Position numbers and translations under genes: made by a program
Shown: positions 26,401 through 36,874 of the stretch, one piece after another
Position numbering within the stretch: the stretch's first letter is position 1
Layout: each line of letters begins with the position of its first letter
The notes under the pieces: generated by a model
Databases searched by the model: none
Seen by the model: the letters and a program-made list of their open reading frames with translations, nothing else
Told to the model about the DNA's origin: nothing
Assembly (NCBI RefSeq): GCF_021028975.2
Contig: NC_059430.1
Span: 78,430,001 to 78,494,000 of the forward strand
Origin: Sphaerodactylus townsendi
Lineage: Eukaryota
Direction: 5' to 3'
Length of the DNA stretch: 64,000 bases

Positions 26401-29400
26401 CAAGAGAAATAGTTCAGACCTTAACAGCTAAAGAATAACAGCTGGAGAAATGTCAATTGAGAACATGACAGTTAAATATAAGTTTACACATCAGGAGACA
26501 TCTGGGAGCGGGGTGCCACTGTACAATGCTGATAAAACCATAGAGATTTAGGATATTGCTAGAGCATCACAATGATACATGATGTCACTTCCAGTTATCC
26601 AACTGGAACTGATGTTGTAGCTTCTTTTTGGAAAGAATACTGTCCTCATGGTTTATAATGCTATAGTGTTATAGCAGTAATAAAAAATGCCCTCTGGTGG
26701 AGCATTAGGGAAAATAACTGTAAAGAAGAAAGTGCATAAAATTCCACCACCACCACCACACAGTGGAAACTCCATTGGCAATATGCGTGCTTCTGCATTT
26801 ACACCAGCAATGAAAGCCACATGGAGAACCTTCACTGGGTTGAAGCATTCTTTTGAGTTGTAGGCCGCTTTCCGCACGAAAGGCTGTGTTATGAACGGGC
26901 CGGGTCGGCGCTTTCCAACGCCGACTCGATGTCGACGCTGGGACCGGGCCCGCGACGATCGACGTTCTTGAACAGCCGGGCAGCCGGGCGCCATTGCAGA
27001 GCGCCGGGCGCTCGGCCGCATTTCAGAATATCCCCGGGCCTCCGGGTTAGTCAATGGTGTTCGACACGCCCCTGGTCTCTGCGCCGCCTGCTCCAGCGGC
27101 GAAGGTCCCAGGCTCGCGACGCTTTCGAGGCCCGGGACACTGGCTCCTGCGCCGCCTCAAGCTCCAGCGTGCAGGGTATGTGGTCCCCAGGCCTCCGCGA
27201 CGCGCCGGAGGCCCGGGGACAAGGTAAGTGCCGGGTGGGGGAGGCGCTGTGAAGCCGCTGCCGTTTGCTCGGCAGCGGCTTCACGGCGGCTTTTCCCCAA
27301 AAAGAGCGCTGGGAAGCGCTCTGGGGAAACGCCGGCTTCAGGCCAGGCAGGCGGCACGAGGGCGGCACGGCTGCGTTGCAGCTGTGCCCCCCGTGCGAAT
27401 GGCGGCCTGGAGACGGTGTTTTTGCCGTCTCCAGGACGCCATTTAATGCCTGTGCAGAAACGGCCTCAGTATATTGAGATGTGATATAGTTAATTTACAT
27501 GGCTGAGAAATGTAGATGTAGAAAATTGAATGTTAACTTCTGGAAGAAATTGCTCATGGTATTCTGAAACAGCTTTTAATAGTAATATAACCCTGAATAT
27601 TTTATGTGCATTTCTTTATAATGAATTCTTTCCTGTTAAAGAAACTGTTCAAGAGTAGCTTCTTAACCTCCCATGCCTATTGAATTGTGTGCAGAAAGTG
27701 ATTTGTCCTTAGAATGAAACTTGTACAGAAAACTTGACCAGGGATAATGTGGTATACTCAGAGACACAATGTAAACAAGTGCTTTGAGAGTTGGCAAGAG
27801 AAAAGCATGCACAGTTGAGTAGTATGAGAAAAGCATCCTACCAACGCAAAACAATGGCACAGAACTTCTGGCTCTTTTTCCCCCGGCAACACTGCCAAAC
27901 TGTCTTGTACAATCAGTGTCTAATTTTCAAAACCACAGAATGCAAACAAAATTGAATACTTTTCCAAACCAACATTTCATTGTTGTAACTTGTAACTTGC
28001 TGGAAATAAAGCCTTCAGTATAATAGCAGTTTTTCTGCGCTATTTCCTGCCTGGGAGGACCAGCGACTGGAAATGTGTGTGACTGGAAGCCACCAATTGC
28101 ACAATAACAAATATGTATTTGTAATATTAATTTTAATTATTGTGGCTCCACCTTCTAGGTTCCTAGTCTGTTTTATGGGTTGGGTATAGCTCCCCACTTT
28201 TGTTGTTGGTTTTAGCTTGCAATAGTCAAGGACTTTTTCACATTAGCTCATTTGATTTATCCATTTTCTGTGTGTTTCTTTTATGGTTTGCTTGGTGAGC
28301 TGTTTCACGGTCTGAAGGCTGAAAATCAGATTAAGTATATTAGCAGTAAATAACATTGCAGCATTACAGAAGAGGTAATGGAAGATAGCAAAAACAGCCT
28401 TTAGGTTTTGCATTTGGAAGAAGTTATTCACTTTTTAGTCTTTGTGTCGCATCATTTGCTAAAAATTCCAGGGGTTTTTTGTTTCCCTGCAGATGACAGA
28501 TTAGTTCATGGCATTATTAAGAATTGCATTTCATCCAGTGTCTGTGCAGCTGGTTCTGCGGATATAAACTTGGGCAATAAAGGAAGATCGAAGAGTCATG
28601 TTTTCTGCTGTTCGGGTGATACTTGCAATGCAGCCATTGCAGCCAAATGTAGGTATTTAATCATGTCCTTCTTCCTAACCCTGCTCTTGCTCTTCATGAG
28701 CAGCAGGTGAAAAATGGGGGTGAGGTTTGATGCTGCTGTTTCTTTGATGTCACTTTGGGTCAAAGATCTGTAAGTGAGATCTCTATCCCACCATGATGTG
28801 CCAATAACTTACCTACTGTTCATGGTATTTACTATAGAGTTGTAGGGGATTCCTAGAACTTCATGATGTCAAAGCATCAGTAGTATTTTCCCCTCCCTTG
28901 TACCCAAACATTTTCCAGGGAATGCAGGTGTGGGCCTGTTATCTTTACTGCTTAGATTGCTTCTGTTGTCAAGCATCTGACAACAGAAGCCAGTGTGGGG
29001 TAGTGGTTAAGAACTGGTAAACTCTAATCTGGAGAACCACTTTTAATTTCCCACCCCTCCATATGAGCAGCAGACTTTAATCTGGTGAACCAGGTATGTT
29101 TCTCCTCTTCTACATATGAAACCTGATGGCTGACTTTTGTGTAGTCATAGTTCTACCAAAACACTCTCAACTTAAGGTGTCTGCTGTGGGGAGAGGAAGA
29201 GAAGGCATTTGTAAGGTGCTTTGAGATTCCTTATGCTTGACAAAAGTGGGGTATAAATCTAACCTCTTCTTCTTCAACTCTGGAACCCTGTAGTGCAACA
29301 GAGATGCTTCTGAGAATGACATCCTCTTTGTGAGCAACTCTCCCTTCTTGGCTGTTATGTATAGTTGGAGAAAGCTTATGGTCAACATGTTCCAATTTTG

Positions 29401-32400
29401 CCAAATCTGACCCATGGGAATCAACCAATGGTATGGAGTAGAATAAAAAAGTACACAATGTCAGTAAGAATAGCAGGAAATTATTGGGTGAGGGGAAGGG
29501 TAGAACTCCCTACAAGGAGTGTTTTCAATACCATTTTAGTATCAATGTTATTATTGGCTGACAATAGGCAAACTTCCTTCTGAGTTGGCCGGAGTGGAAA
29601 CAGCAAAACTGGGCAATTCTGAAAGGCTGAACCAAAACCTAGTAATGACCTCAGAGGTAATGCAGCTAAACTTGCTCCTTCTCTCTATCTATTAGCTATT
29701 GATCCATCTATACAGCTTAGTGAGGACACAAAGGAGGCCCATAACAGATCTCTGCAGTCTGTTTTTTGCCAGGATCCATTTGCCTGGTTGCTTCTGTGGA
29801 ATCCCCAGTCCATAAAGGTGGACGTAAATGAAATTTAGATTATTAGCTTCTCAAAGGAGATTTTTTTTCCCTTTATCACTTGTAAAACTCCATTCATGTC
29901 ATTATATAATGATTTGGGAACCTGTAAGGAAGTTGTAGACCATAGTGAAGAGGAAGAATGATTGATTCTTTCTCTTTATTTTTCCTCTACTGTTTCCCCA
30001 AGCAGGTTAACACAATTTTTTTCTATTTATTTCCAAGCCAGTTTCTCTTGAGCATATGACTATGTTGAAACAGTCTTTATTTCTCCACCCTTCCAAACAC
30101 TTTGCACTTATCCATGCCCCTACATAGTTGTCCAACTTCCTCTTCACCCATAAAGGTTTTTTTAAATTTATTTTCTCTCTTTGTCATACTGTGTTGGCAA
30201 AATAATATAAAGGCACACACACACAAGCCAGGTTGATTGGCTCAGTTTTGTCAATTTAACCATATTAGATAGACTGTGTCTGCAGTCAGGAGCAAGTGAA
30301 ATTGACCATGGAAGTTGCTTTTGCAGGAGGAAATTGACAAGGGACTGATGAAGTAACAATTATGTGTTACTTCAGCTCCATGTTGGCTGAAAAATGTGTG
30401 TGTGTTTTGTGGGGGGGGGGGGGAAGGACATGTTTATGTGCCTTCAGGTAATGGCGCCTGCTTTTTTTGNNNNNNNNNNNNNNNNNNNNNNNNNNNNNNN
30501 NNNNNNNNNNNNNNNNNNNNNNNNNNNNNNNNNNNNNNNNNNNNNNNNNNNNNNNNNNNNNNNNNNNNNNNNNNNNNNNNNNNNNNNNNNNNNNNNNNNN
30601 CTGAGAGTTTTTTAAAAATTGTAACTTCAAAATGTAATTGCACAGTAATGCTAGGGCATCTGCACTAAAGAAAAAGGGGGTGAGTGACAGATGACATCCC
30701 AGCACCATTAGAAATTATACATTTTCAGCAGTAGCATGTGGGATAAATACAACTTGAAGAGACAATGTGAAAAATGATGGGGTGAATCGAGGTATGTGGA
30801 ATGATTTTAAGGAGAATGTTTCCAACACACAAGGTTTGATTGCTGGAAAAATCTGTGGTAAGTTATGCAAGTAGAAAAGGCCACTGACTTTCTCTTTCTG
30901 TTTGTTCAGTTTTGCCTTCAGAAGCCAAGCACAATGGTCTGCAGTGCCCTGCTTGCTATGCTTTGTTCGGTGACACATGCAGTGATGCAGACATAGTCAA
31001 CTGCGTTGGATCTGAGTTTCAGTGCATTGATTTGGCTGGATATGTCCATTATGGTAAATCAGATTTGTCTATTAATTTGGCTTCAGTTTCTGTCATTCAA
31101 CATTAACTCCAAGTCTGTGTGACTCTTCAGTCAGATAACAGCCAAAGACATTCTTCTGTTAAATGAGGATCCTTCTTTTGAGAGAGGGAAGGGGTCCTCC
31201 ATGGGGAAGACTCTCCATGTAGTGAAGTAAAGCTTTGGACTTATCTCACTAACTTCCGAGTAAACAGGTTATTGGGATTTATGGATTTGATGTTCTGAAA
31301 TGTTGTCACATGCTCAAAATATTTGATGGGATAGAAATCAGTACCTCTTGCCCTGATCTAGAGTTTCCACAAGCATTCAGCTCTCTTGTGCACAAAGGTT
31401 TCTCCCTTCATTTCATCCAATTCAATTTGCATGTCAGGAAATGAATATACTAATTATGTTTCTTCTCTGAAATTAATAAGGTCAGGTGAGCACTGCATTT
31501 ATGCATAATAGTTCCTGTGACCCAATGCAAGTGCACAGCTGGCAGTACCTTCCTAAGCAGAGTTACACCATTCTTAACCTAAGGAAGTCAAAGGGCTTCT
31601 TAGTTGGTTGTAATTCTGCTTCAGGCTGCACTGTTAGACACTGTTTTTTTCTAGCACAGTGTGTATTCAACAGAACATTTCTTCTCCTTTTGATATTATT
31701 TTGGCATCACATACACACAACATATACACACACATACATGTGTAAACCATTTATAATATTATGCTGAGAAGATAATTTGCTGGGGAGATAATTTGCTCTA
31801 TTTTCCACTGCAACAGAAAACTGCAGGGGTAAAACAATGGAATTGGATTGCTTTCAATATTGTTGATTATTTTATATTATGTAATTATGTAATTGCTATG
31901 AACCCAAAAGGGGAGGGGCAGTCTAGAAATATTGTGATAATAAATTCTTCTCACCAGTTCCCTGTGCAAAATGAAACAAAAGTCCATGGGCATTTTTCAA
32001 GAATAAAAACATTTACTTCAATATTAGCCACAGCTCATTTCTTCAGGCATGTGATCAACTATTCCCTCTGTGAAGTGATATCCACTGTGAAGTGATATCC
32101 ATATGTTAGCACTTAGTTGCTTTGTGAACAAGTTTTACCTTGGCTTTAGATTCTAAATGAGTCACAGTTATACAACTCATGTGAGTTGCATGAATTTGAA
32201 AGAGGAAGAGAGCAAAGCAGAATGGCTAATGGGATTATTAATATTGTGACAAACAATCTGTTATTTTGTGTCTTGTTCTTCTGATACCAGGTGAATTGTC
32301 CCAGAGAATTGCCATGAAGGGTTGTGCCACCCATTCAGTTTGCAGTGCTAGTGTCGGAGGTGCGGCAGCATTTGCAGGCGTCAGTTCAGCGATAACGAAG

Positions 32401-32499
32401 CTTGAGTGCACACCAGCTTCCAGCACAGCCAGAATATCTTCTGGACCATTTGGACTCCTTCTTTCAGCAATTGTTGGGTTTCTGCTGGTGAAGCTCTGA
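21625..32499 (+). CDS. Phospholipase A2 inhibitor gamma-like / PINLYP-like two-domain Ly6/uPAR protein, 226 aa, predicted GPI-anchored
   Basis: Exons 21625-21679 (MQTILSLSLCLFLTLLARG signal), 26095-26211 (LQCEICTGLGHNCTGKIETC...DFCG), 28493-28648 (KNCISSSVC...FCCSGDTCN), 30910-31053 (NGLQCPACYALFGDTC...NCVGSEFQC), 32291-32499 (MKGCATHSVC...LECTPAS + hydrophobic tail). All phase-1 GT-AG introns, 681 nt. 10+8 Cys pattern typical of PLI-gamma/SPF proteins. Confidence 0.9.
22403..22806. other. Assembly gap (N run)
   Basis: Run of N. Confidence 1.
23422..23454. repeat. (TG)n microsatellite
   Basis: Direct reading. Confidence 0.95.
23645..24628. mobile_element. Non-autonomous hAT-like element with internal fold-back array
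   Basis: Left end CAGAGGTGTAGCTAGG, degenerate right end; repeated GTCCATAACTTTGGACCCCCTGAACCAAAC units in both orientations; homologous to 17891-18981. No TSD recovered. Confidence 0.7.
25550..25868. mobile_element. MITE-like element (AGGTTGCCAG...CTGGTAACCCTA)
   Basis: Inverted termini resembling the TAGGGTTGCC family; internal TGATGTCA/TGACATCA inverted pair. Confidence 0.5.
26863..27465. mobile_element. CpG-rich PIF/Harbinger-type non-autonomous element
   Basis: TIRs GGCCGCTTTCCGCAC / GTGCAGAAACGGCC; 3' half similar to 13555-14002; very GC/CpG-rich against AT-rich flanks. No clear TSD. Confidence 0.75.
28985..29275 (+). mobile_element. Squam3-like SINE
   Basis: Head GCCAGTGTGGGGTAGTGGTTAAGAAC...CTCTAATCTGGAGAACC; body GTGGGGAGAGGAAG...TTGTAAG...CTTTGAGA; (CTT)n tail. 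Confidence 0.75.
30470..30600. other. Assembly gap (N run)
   Basis: Run of N. Confidence 1.
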
Positions 32500-32818
32500 T
32501 CCCTTATTGATTGATTGTCTTTGCTAATGCATTGAATGGACATTCTAAGATAAGGCCTGCGCTGACATTAGGCTCTCTCTTAGTATAAACAGACAAATAG
32601 GGTGACCTGCAGTTCAGCCGTTTTGTACATTAAAGCCCGAAGCAGCAATATTATGATTTTTTAAACAGTCTTAGATTCAATTTAATGAAAGATTTTAATT
32701 ACCCAGTTTAGTTTTATTTATTTAAATATATTATTCACTACAAAGATATTGCAGTGACTGTAGCGATGGAGCTCAAGCCCTATCACATTGCTATCACAGT
32801 GATGTTCACAATGACATT

Positions 32819-32824
32819 AATAAA
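32819..32824 (+). terminator. Candidate poly(A) signal of the PLI-gamma-like gene
   Basis: AATAAA 320 nt after the stop at 32499; another at 33453-33458. Confidence 0.4.
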
Positions 32825-34983
32825 TAATCTACCCGCTGCTTGTCTAATGGGATCATATGTGGCATATTATAATTATTTTATCTTATTTTATCTTTGATAC
32901 CTGTTAAGCTATTTACTTAAAAAAAAAAGGTGGCGAGGAAGAAAGGTGCTAGCAGCCACATCTTGTAGCCTGAAGATTCCATCCCGTAATCCAAGAGGTT
33001 CTGGGCATGGCTGAGGTTGCTCATTGTTGAGGATTAACATTTTGCTCTAGAAACTATAAACAATGGCAAGATTGTTACCAAGGCAGCTTTACCTAGAAGT
33101 CAGAGTTAGAAAAAGAACACGAGAAAGTAGAGACACTGAGTAATTCATTAGTTTATTGATATAAATTCAGCATGATCTAGATTTTAATTGCTACTAGCGG
33201 GATGTTCCCTGGTTGGTGGATACCTCTCTGGAAGATTTACATGATTCAGTCTTTTTGACACAGGGTGGGTGGAAAGAACCAAGTAAAATCACACATTTAT
33301 CACCCTTGATTTTGATTAATCATCTCGGTAATACCTAAATTATAGGAAAATCCTCCTTCTGCACCTCAAGTTGTCTGTTACTGAATGTTCTTCCAGCAGC
33401 TGACATTCTCAAAGAAAAATTCATCTTAATATTTTGAAATGTGCAATTGAGTAATAAACGTACAAGCTGACTTTTCCTCTCATTTTATCTAAGGAGTTTT
33501 AGTATATGCACATTTCAGTCACTAGGCACAGCTTGTACATGACACTCTTGCTGCCACAAAACACAAAATGGCTTCTTAGAACTAAAATGGATTCTTCAGT
33601 CTTCTGGCCTGTTCTTCAATCTGGCTAATAGTAGCTGAGTTGGTATATTGTTGATTAGCATAAATATGAGTTGTTGATTAATATAAAATATGACTGTTAA
33701 TAGGATGCTGCCTTCAAAGATGTAGACTTATCACAAATGCTTCTGTGCATACACAGATTGTTTCCCCCTTTACACTAAGGGCCAGTTCACACAACTTGTG
33801 ACAGCTGTCGATTTTGACAAGGCTGTTCTGCTAGCGACGGAAGTGGTCATTGGCCTTTGCAACACCAAGCACTGAAGCCCAACTGTGCTTTTCCCCAACA
33901 TCAGCATTCTCCAGCTTTTTAAAATGGGCTATGCCTATATCTGTATGGCAATAAAGCATGGCCACAAATGGATCAAGGGTTGTATTGACTATTGTTTGGA
34001 TTCTGACCTTTTCTTTAGCTATTAATTAAACAGTAAAATCAATCAGAGAATGAAAATATGGGTGTGTATTTTACATCCTCTTTTCTAATTTGTAATTAAT
34101 GTATCATTTGATAGATTACAACAATCAATTAAAGCTTTCAATTCTATTTCCCATTTCAGCAATCTATACTGAAACTCAGACCAGAGCAGTCATATTAAAC
34201 ATATGAGCTTTCGATTTACTATTTGAGAAAGATGTATAGCGAAGCCAACCATAAGATGTGATATTCCTTACAAAGTCCTGCTTCTGGCTACCATTTGCAT
34301 ATCAAATGTATGCCACTATATTCCCTGTTTATAGTCACATGCTGCCCAACTGGGTATTTGATGGGCGTGGCACTCAAGAGCAAGCCTCAGGCAGGTTCCA
34401 TAACTGTGAAATCTCTTATGTGAAGTGGGATTTACATCAGTTCATTAGTACCGCCTTTGAATGCTGTCTGTTATTAATAATATAACTCACTCAGTGAGAC
34501 TTGCGCAAGGCTAGGTTCACGAAGCATATTCCATTCAAGTAATAGGTATCAATAGAACAGAACACTCAACGAAGCCAGCAGCTATGTGAAACATAACTGT
34601 GATCCACTTAGACACATTCAAATAAACAGCAGTCCCCTTTCGCAGTCCCCCCCCCCCCCCGTTTCCTGCTGCAGCTACCAATTCAGTACATTTGCAACGG
34701 TCGATTTCTTTGCATTTTCCCTGCTGCAGCCACACCGCCAGCTGCCATTCTCTTATTTGCCCCAGAGGGCTTGAAAAACGGCTCTTGATAGATTACTACA
34801 GTATTTCACTACTTCCTAGTGTTCTCTTTAAGTCTCTCTCCTATCAGTAGTTTTTGTGTGTTCAGATACAAAACCGAAGTGCACCATGTCAGATAGCAAG
34901 CGTATTTTCCCTTGAAAATCACCGTTATGGTTGAAACCCTATTGAGGAACGGTTGCAGGAGTTTAATTCACGAATCGTTAAAA

Positions 34984-35043
34984 ACACACACACACACACA
35001 TACACACACACACACACACTGAAAAAGAGAGAGAGAGAGAGAG
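34984..35043. repeat. (CA)n and (GA)n microsatellites
   Basis: Direct reading. Confidence 0.9.
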
Positions 35044-35219
35044 TCATGCCTGTTTCGCCTTTCACACACAAAAACCATTATGTACGTTCTTGTAGGAGTC
35101 AATCCGGAGATGTTTCCAGCACATGTTTCAGGCAGTATCATAGTGATTCTGTCCAGGAGACTTCAGTTTCGGAGGCGGATCTCTTCCTTGTGGCTATCGG
35201 CAGAGAAGACTAGCTGACA

Positions 35220-35470
35220 ATCCTGTGGCCCAATCAGGGATGGGCTCACAAAGAAAGGGGGGGGGGAATTCGCTAGTTTTTCTTTAAAGAAACCAGACCA
35301 TTTCTTCTCCCCGCCTTCTTTTCTGCTTCGCATTTCTGATTGGCCTTGAGTAGTGTCAACCAAGTATTCTTTATGCCAATCAGGAAGTGCAAGGACTTTG
35401 TTTCTTTTGTGTCTTACCGCCGCTGAAGTGGTCCGTCTTTTGTTCTTAAGTTACTTTTCTGGGTTAGTAT
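35220..35470 (+). promoter_or_regulatory. HDAC10: Putative HDAC10 promoter and non-coding first exon
   Basis: CCAAT boxes at 35230-35234, 35339-35343 (reverse) and 35376-35380; GC box near 35309; ETS motif CAGGAAGT 35381-35388; local CpG enrichment; candidate donor TGG|GTTAGT at 35463. The first coding exon has a splice acceptor (TGCAG ending 36848), implying an upstream exon. Confidence 0.6.
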
Positions 35471-35655
35471 GTCATTATTTTAAAATGGTGTTAGAGAGGA
35501 TTATTGGTTTCTAACGGGGTAGGGTGAGGGATTTTTTAAAAGTTAGCAATAAAATCAGTAATAGAAAAGGAATCACTGGCTCTGAGAAGCCGCCTGGCTC
35601 TCGCTGTGGTTGCTTTGGTTGGATCTCCACATATGTTGCATTATTGCAGTTTCCA

Positions 35656-35745
35656 CCGTGGTGGCGAACCTATGGCCATGCTGGCAGGGGCTGATGGGAA
35701 TTGTAGTCCACGAACATCTGGAGTGCCATAGGTTCACCTCCACTG
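35656..35745. mobile_element. Internally deleted hAT-type MITE
   Basis: TIRs CCGTGGTGGCGAACCTATGGC / GCCATAGGTTCACCTCCACTG; internal sequence matches the right arm of 53263-53410. Confidence 0.7.
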
Positions 35746-36208
35746 GATGGTATCCAGTCACATCTGGATGCAGCCTTAGTAAACAGGAAGAAGCACTCTT
35801 TACATGCTTAGAGGGACTCTTCCCATGATGAGTGTTGTTCAGTTCAGGGAGTCATCCCTGCCTCGGACCGAGTCTCAGCCTTCAACGAATTTGGTGACAT
35901 AATAAATGCATAAAATGCATGCACCATTGCAGATCCTTCTGTCTTTTGTATCCCTATTTTAGCCTTGAGCATTCCTGCCTCTATTTCAATCTATGAGGAG
36001 TGTGGTTTTGAAGATAAGAAAGAGGTGGGCGTGGAGTCATCATTCCTTCCTAAGTTGACTGGTGGCCAGTACTCAAGGAGGATGAGGTTCAAGCCTGTTT
36101 GAAGACATTCATCCTACTATTCTATTGTCAGGGCTATGTGGGCAATTTGTACATTTTCTGTGATCTATGGGGAATTCCTCAGCATATGGGGAATTCCTCA
36201 GCATATGC

Positions 36209-36309
36209 CAGTGGTGGGATTCAAATAATTTAACAACTGGTTGTTTACAAGCACCATTTTAACAACCGGTTCTGCCGAAGTGATGTGAACCTACTGAATC
36301 CCACCACTG
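36209..36309. mobile_element. hAT-type MITE (same family as 7430-7565)
   Basis: TIRs CAGTGGTGGGATTCA / TGAATCCCACCACTG; immediately preceded by a 19-bp tandem duplication (36166-36203); no TSD. Confidence 0.8.
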
Positions 36310-36874
36310 GCTCAGAAGCACTTTCCCTTTAAATTAACCGATACTTTTGGCAGAGGTATTGGAAGTCCTCTCTTAGGGACAAGCCTTGTGAATTGTGCCG
36401 AACAGGTAAAATTGCACTTAAAGGTTGAGATTGTGCCGGAATTCTGCACCAGTAGCATTGAGAAAACTGTCATTTGCTCAGGCTGCTTCACCTAGGGTGA
36501 AAGGGCATGAAGATCCTGATGATATTCTCTGCCAGAAGATCAAAATTTTGCAGCCTCCCCCCTCCTTGCTCCAGCCCACTGATCTCAATCAAATGCTACC
36601 GGTAAGGAACAGGGGATTCCCATGAGCAGCATGAAAGATAGATTAAAATTCTGGAGGGGAGAAGCATCAAAAATTTCCCCTTTCTGTTAGTTAACTTGAA
36701 AGTTCTCCAACTCCCAGTCTTCAGGTAAGGTAACTATTTTAGTATCTCTGCTTTCCAGCATCTTTTGTGGGAGTGCTAAACAGAATAAATCAAGTGATTT
36801 TTAAAATGTTCTTTGTTTTGAAATATGTCTGATCTGAAACTTGTGCAGACGATCCTTGTTCATTCATTACAACC

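Noticed and set aside
26653-27477. Overlapping ORFs and apparent CpG-island promoter
   Set aside because: Bounded by Harbinger-type TIRs within an intron; better explained as a young transposon.
36340-36730. Additional HDAC10 5' UTR exons (donors near 36406, 36602, 36725)
   Set aside because: Splice-like motifs only; cannot be supported without transcripts.
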